64,000 nt of DNA. Origin: a candidate division WOR-3 bacterium. GTDB lineage: Bacteria; Hydrothermota; Tepidihabitantia; Tepidihabitantales; DTDR01. The stretch is from positions 3,370 to 67,369 of the forward strand of contig JBDRVE010000005.1 in NCBI GenBank assembly GCA_039801725.1, read 5' to 3'. Numbering within the stretch: position 1 is the first letter of the stretch; each line of letters begins with the position of its first letter. The notes under the pieces were generated by a model. The model searched no databases. It saw only the letters and a list, made by a program, of their open reading frames with translations, and had not been told where the DNA came from. Shown one piece after another: positions 1-10,907 of the stretch. A program made the position numbers and the translations under genes.

Positions 1-20
1 CTCCCCAGAAAGTTAAAGTA

Positions 21-548
21 GTGATTGGTTATATTACTTCTGATGTCAAGCTTATTGAGGAGGTTAATAGAATCTTATTTCCCCTGCTGGGCGAAGAGGA
101 TTTTAAAAGTGAGATTATTGATTTTAATTTTACTGATTATTACCAAGAAGAAATGGGCAAGGATTTAAAAAGGCAATGGGTTTCTTACAAAAATTTAGTT
201 ATGCCCGATTTTTTACCCGATTTGAAAATCAAGACAAATGAAATTGAAGATAAATTTAAAGAGAACGAAAAAAGAAGGATAAATATTGACCCAGGTATCT
301 TGACATTAAATAATTTTATTTTAGCCACCACCAAAAATTATGCCCATCGCATTTATTTAAGAGATGGGATTTATGCCGAAGTTACTTTGATCTACCAACA
401 CAAAAAGTTTCATAATTTAAATTGGACCTATCCCGATTACCAACAAGATTTTTTTCACAATTTTCTTTTAAAAGTAAGAAAGATTTATATTGAAGATTTG
501 AAAAAAATTTGTTATAGTAAAGAAGGAAATGAAAACGAGATTTATTAA
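21..548 (+). CDS. hypothetical protein (possibly DUF4416-like); may be 5' partial because there is no in-frame stop between the window edge and the GTG start
   Basis: ORF of 175 aa in the track, coding-like composition, in a co-directional run with the next two genes; no motif I can name with certainty. Confidence 0.45.
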   Translation: MIGYITSDVKLIEEVNRILFPLLGEEDFKSEIIDFNFTDYYQEEMGKDLKRQWVSYKNLVMPDFLPDLKIKTNEIEDKFKENEKRRINIDPGILTLNNFILATTKNYAHRIYLRDGIYAEVTLIYQHKKFHNLNWTYPDYQQDFFHNFLLKVRKIYIEDLKKICYSKEGNENEIY

Positions 549-1083
549 AGAAGAATTAACTTTTACCGGCGAACAACTCCGTTCTCTTTTTGCTTATGAT
601 ACTTATAATATCTTAGGTGATTCTATTGTTGCCTTTATTGGTGCTTGTGATATCTCTCTTAAAGAAGCAGTGGATTTAGAGAGTCAAAAAGTGCGACGAT
701 ATTCTTATGTTCCAAAAATGCTCCATTTTCTTGCTGAGCACTTTGAAGTAGATGTAGAAAAGGCAATATTAAGAAGTTATCTTCTTTTAGATATTGTCAA
801 AGATACTCTAAACGAAAAATTAAATGCCAACCAAATAAAAAGAGTGGGCAACGAACTTTACGATGGTGAGAATCGGGTAGCGATATCAATGGCTACCTCT
901 TCGCCGGTCTCTTCTTTGGTTTATGTGGGTATTCACATTACTCCTCCGACAGAAATTCCTGCCAAAGGTTTAGAAGATTATCAGATTGATGTTACGGAAT
1001 TTGGCAACCTTGTTTTAGAAAGGTATGCTAAAGATTCCGAACGGATAAACCAGATGCGCTGTCGGACACGCTGGGTAGAATAA
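529..1083 (+). CDS. hypothetical protein (tentatively DUF366-like)
   Basis: 184 aa ORF overlapping the upstream gene by 20 nt (operon-like); weak recollection of the DUF366 family only. Confidence 0.45.
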   Translation: MKTRFIKEELTFTGEQLRSLFAYDTYNILGDSIVAFIGACDISLKEAVDLESQKVRRYSYVPKMLHFLAEHFEVDVEKAILRSYLLLDIVKDTLNEKLNANQIKRVGNELYDGENRVAISMATSSPVSSLVYVGIHITPPTEIPAKGLEDYQIDVTEFGNLVLERYAKDSERINQMRCRTRWVE

Positions 1084-1086
1084 AAA

Positions 1087-1704
1087 GTGAAAATCCTTCG
1101 CCGGTATTTTATTGCGGGATTAGTTCTTGTTATTCCTTTAGGTTTAACAATTTTTATTTTTTGGTTTTTAGTTACCAAATTAGGTAGTTTTTTGGCTCCT
1201 CTTTTTAAAATCTTACCCTTCTTAAAAGAATTACCACAAGAAATATTAACAATTTTAGGTTTTTTTGTTTTTCTCTTTTTGATTTTGCTGGTTGGTGCTT
1301 TAACCAGTGGTTTTTTAGGTAAGTGGCTTTTTGGTTTATTAGAAGATTTGATTTTAAAAGTTCCTTTAGTAAGAGAAATTTATAATTCTGCTCGGCAACT
1401 AACTAACGCGGTGTTTATTGATCGGAAATCCCTTAAAAAAGTAGTTGCCGTCGAGTATCCGCGCAAAGGGATTTTTGCTCTTGGTTTTATTATGAATGAA
1501 GAAAAAATATTTTCCGAAGATAAAAAGAAAGAGTTTTGTTTGATATATTTACCTACCACTCCTAATCCAACTTCTGGTTGGCTAATTTTGGTGCCTCAAG
1601 AGGAGGTTTATGAGTTAAATTTATCAATAGATGAAGGATTAAAATTGATCGTTTCTGGCGGAATTGTCCTGAATAAAGAAACCTTAGAAAAATTAAAAAT
1701 TTAG
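1087..1704 (+). CDS. DUF502 family membrane protein
   Basis: N-terminal TM helices and the hallmark LPTTPNPTSGWLILVP motif of DUF502. Confidence 0.65.
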   Translation: MKILRRYFIAGLVLVIPLGLTIFIFWFLVTKLGSFLAPLFKILPFLKELPQEILTILGFFVFLFLILLVGALTSGFLGKWLFGLLEDLILKVPLVREIYNSARQLTNAVFIDRKSLKKVVAVEYPRKGIFALGFIMNEEKIFSEDKKKEFCLIYLPTTPNPTSGWLILVPQEEVYELNLSIDEGLKLIVSGGIVLNKETLEKLKI

Positions 1705-2868
1705 AAGTTCGTGTTTTTCTTTAATCTTTTTTGCCCAATCTTTTAATAAAAGAAAATCTTCTTTTTTAGGATATCCCTTTATAAGTACCGGTGGCAATAA
1801 TTCCGCATTCAAATTAGTTGTTAGGTTTTTGATAATCTCCAAGGTTCTGCCACCCCAGCCATAAGAACCAAAAATTCCAAGATACTTTGCTTTTGGCTTT
1901 AGAATATTTAAAAGATAGATAGCAAAAAGGGCAGTTGGATGGGGACCAGTTAACACTGTTGGTGTACCAATTAGTATAGTAGTGGCATCAACCGAAGCAA
2001 TGGCTAATTCACCGATGTCGGTCTTTGTTAAATTAAAAGGAATTACTTTAATTCCTAAATTTATTAATTCACTAATTAAAAATTCAGCCATTATCCTTGT
2101 ACTATTATGCATTGAGACATAGGCTAAAATAACCTCATTTTTCCCTTTGTCGTTAACCCAATCTTCATAAGCATTAATAATAAAGGTGGGTTCCAAATAG
2201 ATTGGTCCGTGACTGGGAGCAATTATTCTAATTTCTAAATCTCTTATTTTGTTTAAATGGTTCTTTATTTGATTTCGAAAAGGCATCATAATTTCGGCAT
2301 AATATCTTTTAGCAGCAAAGTAAACCTTTTCTTTATCCTGAACAAATAAATCACTGGTCGCTAAATGAGAGCCAAATAAATCACAAGTAAAAAGAATTTT
2401 TTCCTCTATAAGATAGGCAACCATTGTTTCTGGCCAATGAACCCAAGGAGTGAAAATAAATTGTAAAGTTTTATTGCCTAAAGAGATTTTTTCATTATCT
2501 TCCACCGTAATAAATTTTCCTTCAGGTATTAACAATAAATCCATTAAAAACTCTTTACCCTTTTTATTAGTAATAAGTTTTGCTTCCGGATAGAGTTCTA
2601 ATATTCGTGGGATTGCTCCCGAATGGTCTTGTTCAGCATGTAAAGAAATTAAATAATCAATTTTTAGATTAAGTGATTTTAAATTTTCCACTAGTTCTTT
2701 TTCTTTTGTCGGATCAACAGTGTCAATTAAAACAGTTTTTTCGCTTCCTTTGATTAAATAAGCATTATAACTTGTGCCATCGGGTAAGGGAATTAATTCG
2801 TCAAATAATCTTCTATCCCAATCGATAGCACCTACTGCCCAAATATCTTTTGTTATTTCTCTTACCAC
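1693..2868 (-). CDS. fprA: flavodiiron protein (FprA / type A flavoprotein, O2/NO reductase)
   Basis: Metallo-beta-lactamase-like diiron motif LHAEQDH followed by a C-terminal flavodoxin-like domain; about 390 aa is typical; GGAGGTG RBS directly upstream. Confidence 0.85.
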   Translation of the reverse strand: MVREITKDIWAVGAIDWDRRLFDELIPLPDGTSYNAYLIKGSEKTVLIDTVDPTKEKELVENLKSLNLKIDYLISLHAEQDHSGAIPRILELYPEAKLITNKKGKEFLMDLLLIPEGKFITVEDNEKISLGNKTLQFIFTPWVHWPETMVAYLIEEKILFTCDLFGSHLATSDLFVQDKEKVYFAAKRYYAEIMMPFRNQIKNHLNKIRDLEIRIIAPSHGPIYLEPTFIINAYEDWVNDKGKNEVILAYVSMHNSTRIMAEFLISELINLGIKVIPFNLTKTDIGELAIASVDATTILIGTPTVLTGPHPTALFAIYLLNILKPKAKYLGIFGSYGWGGRTLEIIKNLTTNLNAELLPPVLIKGYPKKEDFLLLKDWAKKIKEKHELLNF

Positions 2869-2876
2869 TTCACCTC

Positions 2877-3041
2877 CTACTCTTCAATTGGTTCAAAGTA
2901 ACTTTTATCAGCACCACAAATTGGACAAATCCAATCATCGGGCAACTCTTCGAAAGGCGTATCAGGAGGAATATTTCTTTCTTTATCACCTAATTTTGGG
3001 TCATAAATGTAACCACAAAGAGTACAGCGATATCTTTTCAT
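2877..3041 (-). CDS. rubredoxin (54 aa), not present in the ORF track
   Basis: Manual translation of the minus strand gives [54 protein letters not shown] with two CxxCG knuckles; GGAGG RBS 6 nt upstream; the stop lies 9 nt before the fprA start. Confidence 0.85.
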   Translation of the reverse strand: MKRYRCTLCGYIYDPKLGDKERNIPPDTPFEELPDDWICPICGADKSYFEPIEE

Positions 3042-3084
3042 TTTTTCCTCCTTGATTTTTTTAAAAATATTATTATAATTTATT

Positions 3085-3112
3085 ATTATAATTTATTTTA
3101 AGTAAATTTCAA
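3085..3112 (-). promoter_or_regulatory. sigma70-type promoter for the rubredoxin-fprA operon (TTGAAA-N16-TATAAT on the minus strand)
   Basis: Reverse complement reads ggTTGAAAtttacttaaaataaatTATAAT, followed by an approximately 45 nt leader with a GGAGG RBS. Confidence 0.5.
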
Positions 3113-3202
3113 CCACGGGGCTCAAGCCTCTCATATAATGCCTCCTTTCAATCTATCCAAAATAGAGCCCTCCTAAAATATAAGAGCCCCGTGGTTTTTT
3201 AT
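3111..3202. promoter_or_regulatory. long inverted repeat (13-bp perfect arms AACCACGGGGCTC / GAGCCCCGTGGTT, 60-nt spacer) followed by a T-run, between divergent promoters
   Basis: Read directly from the sequence; the arms abut the -35 of the minus-strand rubredoxin promoter and lie 17 bp before the -35 of the htrA promoter. Confidence 0.6.
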
Positions 3203-3219
3203 TTATATTAAATATAAAA

Positions 3220-3247
3220 TTGACTTATCTCATTTTTTAGATATAAT
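3220..3247 (+). promoter_or_regulatory. promoter TTGACT-N16-TATAAT ending 6 nt before the htrA ATG (leaderless architecture)
   Basis: TTGACT at 3220-3225, TATAAT at 3242-3247, ATG at 3254, no RBS possible. Confidence 0.6.
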
Positions 3248-3253
3248 TTTCCT

Positions 3254-4705
3254 ATGAGAAGAGAAATTATTTTAATAATTGGTTTTTGTGTTTTGTCTTT
3301 TGCGTTAGGTTTTATCGTTTCTCCCCTGAAAGGAAAAGAAAAAACCTCTCTGTATGTCCAAAATGTTTCTCAACCAGTTTTAGAAGGAAAACCAAACTTA
3401 CCAACAAATAACATTTCTTTTGTTGAAGTTGCGGAAAAGATTATTCCGACAGTAGTAAATATTTCTGCTGAAAAATCAATAAAAATTAGAACACCGGGTT
3501 TTGAATTTTTCTCACCCTTTGAAGATTTTTTTAGAGAATTTTTTAAAGATTTCCCTTTACCAAAAGAATTTAGTGAGAAAATAAGAACCTTAGGAAGTGG
3601 TGTGATAATTTCGGAAGACGGTTATGTAATTACTAATAATCATGTAATTGAAGGATATGATAAAGTAATTATTACTCTTTCTGACGGAACAAAATTTAAA
3701 GAAAAAGAAGTAAAAATTATTGGTCGCGATTCAAAAACTGATATTGCTCTGTTGAAGATTGAAACAAAAAAGAAACTTCCCTATGCCCCCTTAGGTAATT
3801 CTGATGAAGTGAGAATTGGTGAATGGGTGATGGCAGTGGGTAATCCTTTTGGTTTATCGGGTACGGTTACCGTTGGAGTTATATCGGCTAAACATCGAAC
3901 CGGTATTGATCTTTATGGCGGACCAACTTACCAAGATTTCATCCAAACCGATGCCGCAATAAATCCAGGAAATTCCGGTGGTCCCTTAGTAAATTTGAAA
4001 GGTGAAGTTATTGGTATCAATACGGCAATTAAAACCACTTCTGGTGGGAATATTGGAATCGGTTTTGCTATTCCAATTAACTTAGTGAAAAAAGTGAAAG
4101 ATGATTTGTTAAAAAGAGGGAAAGTTGTCCGTGGTTATTTGGGGATTTATCTTCAAGAATTAACGGACGAGTTAAAAGAATCGATGGATTTACCCAAAGA
4201 TTTGGAAGGAGTGGTTATAAGAGATATTATCCCTAATTCGCCTGCAAGTAGAGCCGATTTAAAATCGGGAGATGTGATTTTAAAATTTCAAGGCAATAAA
4301 GTAAAAAGTGTTGATGAATTGAGATTTATGGTTGCTGAAACTCCCCCTAATACTAAGGTAGAGCTAGAAATTTATCGCGATGGTCGAGTTCGGAAAGTGA
4401 CTGTGGTTTTAGGAGAAATGCCTGAGGAAGTTTCCCAAGTTAAAAAGGAAGAAGTTTTAAGCATCGGGTTGCGAGTAAAAGAAACAAAAGAAGGTGTTGA
4501 AGTAGAAGAAGTGGAAGCAAATTCGCCAGCGGAAGAAGCTGGTATCCAGGTTGGTGATATTATTTTAGAAATTCAGAAAGAAAAAGTTAAAAATTTGGAT
4601 GATTACTATCGTCTTTTGGAAAGATTTAAAGAACGGAAGTCAATTCTTTTTAAAATAAAAAGAGGAAATGAAATTTATCTCATTCCTCTTCGTCTCAAAG
4701 AATAA
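3254..4705 (+). CDS. htrA: HtrA/DegP-family periplasmic serine protease with two PDZ domains
   Basis: Catalytic triad contexts NNHVIEG, DIALLKI and GNSGGPLVN; two PDZ-like C-terminal segments; N-terminal signal/anchor. Confidence 0.9.
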   Translation: MRREIILIIGFCVLSFALGFIVSPLKGKEKTSLYVQNVSQPVLEGKPNLPTNNISFVEVAEKIIPTVVNISAEKSIKIRTPGFEFFSPFEDFFREFFKDFPLPKEFSEKIRTLGSGVIISEDGYVITNNHVIEGYDKVIITLSDGTKFKEKEVKIIGRDSKTDIALLKIETKKKLPYAPLGNSDEVRIGEWVMAVGNPFGLSGTVTVGVISAKHRTGIDLYGGPTYQDFIQTDAAINPGNSGGPLVNLKGEVIGINTAIKTTSGGNIGIGFAIPINLVKKVKDDLLKRGKVVRGYLGIYLQELTDELKESMDLPKDLEGVVIRDIIPNSPASRADLKSGDVILKFQGNKVKSVDELRFMVAETPPNTKVELEIYRDGRVRKVTVVLGEMPEEVSQVKKEEVLSIGLRVKETKEGVEVEEVEANSPAEEAGIQVGDIILEIQKEKVKNLDDYYRLLERFKERKSILFKIKRGNEIYLIPLRLKE

Positions 4706-5499
4706 TGGTCAAGGATCTTCCTTCTTATTATTTTTTCTTATCCCAACAGTATCCCGATCTTTCTCGCGAAGAAGAACGAGAACTGATTGAAAAGGCAAAA
4801 AAGAATAATTATCAAGCTTTTTCTAAACTTATTTTATCCCATCTTAAATTAGTAGTAAAAATTGCTCAAAAATATCGTTCAAAAAATTTATCTTTGGATG
4901 ATCTAATTGGAGAAGGGATAACCGGTTTGATGGAAGCGATTCATAAGTTTGACGAAAAGAAGAATGCGCGTTTAGCCACTTATGCTGCCAAAAGAATTAA
5001 ATACCGAATAAGAGAAGCGATATTTAACGAGGCTATTTTCCATTTTTCTCCTAAGATTCAGAAATTAGCGAAAAAGATAAAAAAAGAACCTCCCGAAATG
5101 CTTTTTCAACCTGAACAATTGGCAAAAAAGTTTAAGGTACCATTAAGTGAGGTTAAGCAAGCAATAAATTTTTTAAATTTAGCCCGCTTTAATTTAGAAG
5201 GAGAAGAAACTTCTGAAGAGAATCCTATTCTAGTTAACGAAACTCGAGAAACTCAATTTGAAAAGGTAAATATAAAAAAAATTGTTAATGAGTGTTTATC
5301 ACAACTCACCGAGAGAGAACGTTTGGTTATTAAAAAGGTTTTTGGTTTGCCCCCTTATAAAGAACCCGAGAGTTTAACAAAGATTGGTAAGGATTTAGGA
5401 CTTTCAAGGGAAAGGGTCCGACAGATTCGTAATGAGGCGCTTAAGAAATTGCGTCGATTTTTAAATAAAAGGCTTAATCTTATTTCTTTCTTTTTGTGA
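4705..5499 (+). CDS. RNA polymerase sigma factor, sigma-70 family (regions 2 and 4; probably an alternative sigma)
   Basis: Region 2 DLIGEGITGLMEAIHKFDEKKNARLATYAAKRIKYRI and region 4.2 HTH LTKIGKDLGLSRERVRQIRNEALKKL; the start overlaps the htrA stop (TAATG). Confidence 0.8.
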   Translation: MVKDLPSYYFFLSQQYPDLSREEERELIEKAKKNNYQAFSKLILSHLKLVVKIAQKYRSKNLSLDDLIGEGITGLMEAIHKFDEKKNARLATYAAKRIKYRIREAIFNEAIFHFSPKIQKLAKKIKKEPPEMLFQPEQLAKKFKVPLSEVKQAINFLNLARFNLEGEETSEENPILVNETRETQFEKVNIKKIVNECLSQLTERERLVIKKVFGLPPYKEPESLTKIGKDLGLSRERVRQIRNEALKKLRRFLNKRLNLISFFL

Positions 5500-6479
5500 T
5501 TTTTTTTCTACTATTTTTCTTCAATTCTCAATTAATACCCCTTTCTCCCCAGTTAAATATTTTAGGAGTTGATTTTGTAAATTTGGTATCCGATTCAGAG
5601 ACAGATATTTATTTAAACCCTGCCAATCTTTTTTTCTGGAATAAAAAATTTTTCTTTTCTTTTTTTTCTTACCACGACTATCTTTCTTTGGATACCGGAT
5701 TACCTGTTTCTTTCCAGAGTCTTTTAAGTATCAAAGGGAATAAAAAAGATTTTATTTTTAATATTTCTTATCACTATCTTTTGAGTTATAGGAAAACCAA
5801 AGAGAAAACGGTCTTTTTAGATTATCTTAATCTGCCCATTAGTTTTAATTATAATTTGGAGGAAATAAAAATTGGTTTAGGAGTTAGTTACCAAGAATTT
5901 TATTTAGAAAAGAGTACTATCCATCAAAATTTTATCGAAAAAAAAAGATATTTGCCCATTAAATTAGGTTTTTCAAAAGGAGAAGAAGAAAGGTTTGAAT
6001 GGGTTACTCAATTTATTTCCTTTGAAAACAGTTTTTGTAATTACCAAATAAATTTGATTGCCAAAAAAGTAATTGGTGAGATTGACAAGCATATTTTTCT
6101 TTTGGACGTAGATTATCGAAAAGAAAATAACTTAAAAAGTTGGGAATTTTTAGGCGGTTATTGTTTATCTTCTTATTACAATTTTTATGGTTTTATTCTT
6201 AATAATTTTTTTGCTATGAAACCTTTATTATTTTTAAAAAAAGAAGTAACTATAAAAATAATTTTTCCTTATGGATTAATAGGTTCTTTTGGTAAAATAA
6301 AATTTCTCTTTGGTTTAAAAAATGGTTTAATTTGGGAGAAAGAAAATATTTGTTTTACTAATTATGAATATAATTTTGGTTTAAATTATCGATTTTCAAA
6401 TAATTTCGAATTTTATTTTTTAAATCTTTTGGTAAATTCCTCGCGAAGGTGGTTTTTCGGATTTAAATTTTCTTTTTAA
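5496..6479 (+). CDS. hypothetical protein, possible outer-membrane beta-barrel
   Basis: Rich in F/Y/N/G alternating segments and a C-terminal ...GFKFSF ending in Phe; overlaps the sigma-factor stop. Confidence 0.4.
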   Translation: MIFFLLFFFNSQLIPLSPQLNILGVDFVNLVSDSETDIYLNPANLFFWNKKFFFSFFSYHDYLSLDTGLPVSFQSLLSIKGNKKDFIFNISYHYLLSYRKTKEKTVFLDYLNLPISFNYNLEEIKIGLGVSYQEFYLEKSTIHQNFIEKKRYLPIKLGFSKGEEERFEWVTQFISFENSFCNYQINLIAKKVIGEIDKHIFLLDVDYRKENNLKSWEFLGGYCLSSYYNFYGFILNNFFAMKPLLFLKKEVTIKIIFPYGLIGSFGKIKFLFGLKNGLIWEKENICFTNYEYNFGLNYRFSNNFEFYFLNLLVNSSRRWFFGFKFSF

Positions 6480-6500
6480 TTTTTAAGAAACTTTTTCTTT

Positions 6501-6737
6501 TTGTTGGTATCTAAAAATATGGTTATGAGAGAAGAGATATTATTACTAATAAAAAAACTACATAAAAAAGAAGAAAAAGTTCCCTTTAAGAAACCTATTC
6601 TGCTAAATTTTTTAGAAATTGAAGAGATTGTTAAAGCTTTTCACTCTGAAAATCGTAATCTTCTTTGGGACGAAATTGTTTCGATTTTTGAAAAGATAAA
6701 AAATTTAAAAGAAAAAAATCAGAAAAATTCTTCTTGA
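6501..6737 (+). CDS. hypothetical small protein (78 aa)
   Basis: ORF only; charged and helical; low confidence that it is real. Confidence 0.3.
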   Translation: MLVSKNMVMREEILLLIKKLHKKEEKVPFKKPILLNFLEIEEIVKAFHSENRNLLWDEIVSIFEKIKNLKEKNQKNSS

Positions 6738-6761
6738 CTTTTCAAAAATTTTAACTATATT
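6734..6761 (+). promoter_or_regulatory. rRNA promoter TTGACT-N16-TATATT
   Basis: Consensus -35 and near-consensus -10 about 50 nt upstream of the 23S processing stem. Confidence 0.55.
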
Positions 6762-6810
6762 TATATATAAGATAAATTTTGCTCTTTGAAAATTTGGTAA
6801 AAGAAGCGGC

Positions 6811-9829
<3,019 letters not shown>

Positions 9830-9858
9830 TCCGCTTCTTTTATCATTAAAATTTAAAC

Positions 9859-9977
<119 letters not shown>

Positions 9978-9992
9978 TTTTTTGTTTTTTAA
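9978..9992 (+). terminator. T-rich tract after the 5S terminal helix (rrn terminator)
   Basis: TTTTTTGTTTTTT immediately after the 5S 3' helix. Confidence 0.5.
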
Positions 9993-10083
9993 CCTTAAGG
10001 TTAAATTAAATAAAAAATTTTTTTAAGAATTATAAGTTTTTGAAAAATAATAAATTAAATAAAAAATTTTTTTAAAAAATCTC

Positions 10084-10112
10084 TTGACTTTTTTTTAATT
10101 TTTTGTTATAAT
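10084..10112 (+). promoter_or_regulatory. promoter TTGACT-N17-TATAAT for the pilin gene
   Basis: Consensus boxes; about 55 nt leader containing a small hairpin ACCACAATATGTGGT and a GGAGGTG RBS. Confidence 0.6.
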
Positions 10113-10167
10113 TATATTTGGAGAGACCACAATATGTGGTTAAATAAACCAAAAATGGAGGTGAATT

Positions 10168-10809
10168 ATGTTAAACAAAAAGGGCTTTACATTAATTGAA
10201 TTATTAGTGGTAATTTTAATTATCGGTATCCTATTAGCACTTATTATCCCCAACTTCGCACTTTTCCAAGAAAGAGCAAGAAGAACAAGCGTCAAAAACA
10301 ATATGCACGTAATTCAAACTGCCTTAGAGGCATGGGCATCTGACCATATGGGCCAATATCCAACCGAAGATGTAGTGGGTGATGTTCTTGACCCAGAGGG
10401 TCCTTTAGCTTATTATTTTCCTGGCGGTGACCCATTGATCGAAGATAAATTTGGTAATTTCCCATCCAACCCCTATACCGGTACTGTTTATAATGGAGGA
10501 GATTATGAAGATCTTTTTTATGGTGGAGATTTTCTATTTGAGGAACCTGGTTTGAACGCTGTGACTTGGGGAGGTTCTGAAGTAGCAGAGTGTCCTTATC
10601 TTGAATGGGCAGATGCAGTAGAGGTTTCAGGAGCAATCGCTGTAGGTGTTTATTATGATCCCGCAACTGAGATTGCTCAAGAGTATGGAATTGCTGGTTG
10701 GGGTAGACTTAATGAAGTAGGTGAAAATTATCCGATGTACGATGTAGCACCGGGTGCGGAAGATCCCTTTGAACCAGAATATTGGAACTTCTTTGTGCTT
10801 CACAACTAA
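10168..10809 (+). CDS. type IV pilin / pseudopilin with a prepilin-type N-terminal methylation domain
   Basis: N-terminus MLNKKGFTLIELLVVILIIGILLALIIP is the class III signal with G-F and E+5; the acidic Gly/Tyr-rich C-terminal domain uses noticeably more GC-rich codons than the neighbouring genes. Confidence 0.85.
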   Translation: MLNKKGFTLIELLVVILIIGILLALIIPNFALFQERARRTSVKNNMHVIQTALEAWASDHMGQYPTEDVVGDVLDPEGPLAYYFPGGDPLIEDKFGNFPSNPYTGTVYNGGDYEDLFYGGDFLFEEPGLNAVTWGGSEVAECPYLEWADAVEVSGAIAVGVYYDPATEIAQEYGIAGWGRLNEVGENYPMYDVAPGAEDPFEPEYWNFFVLHN

Positions 10810-10838
10810 TTACTAAATCTTATAATAAGGATGGCTTT

Positions 10839-10871
10839 GGGGGTGAGCCTTATCACCCCCATTTTTATTTT
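10839..10871 (+). terminator. rho-independent terminator (GGGGGTGA-gcctta-TCACCCCC plus T-run)
   Basis: 8-bp GC-rich stem, 6-nt loop, followed by ATTTTTATTTT. Confidence 0.8.
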
Positions 10872-10872
10872 A

Positions 10873-10900
10873 TTGACATTTATTAAATTTTTTTTATTAT
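10873..10900 (+). promoter_or_regulatory. promoter TTGACA-N16-TATTAT ending 7 nt before the ATG (leaderless architecture)
   Basis: Read from the sequence; no RBS between the -10 and the ATG at 10908. Confidence 0.5.
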
Positions 10901-10907
10901 AGATAAT

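Noticed and set aside
2774-3055. Plus-strand 93-aa ORF spanning the fprA start and the rubredoxin gene
   Set aside because: It is antisense to two well-supported minus-strand genes (FprA and the manually found rubredoxin) and has no RBS or recognisable domains
3062-3095. PerR-box-like reading (TTATAATnATTATAA) of the tandem TTATTATAATTTA repeats upstream of rubredoxin
   Set aside because: The repeats are direct, not the 7-1-7 inverted arrangement of a PerR/Fur box, and the motif overlaps -10-like TATAAT hexamers in extremely AT-rich DNA. It is mentioned only as context under the inverted-repeat finding
10292-10666. Minus-strand 124-aa ORF antisense to the pilin gene (and the similar antisense ORFs 23919-24176, 26058-26432, 31235-31489, 42315-42620 and 43389-44042)
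   Set aside because: Each is nested antisense within a well-supported gene with strong motifs; their Lys/His/Leu-rich low-complexity translations are typical of AT-rich antisense frames
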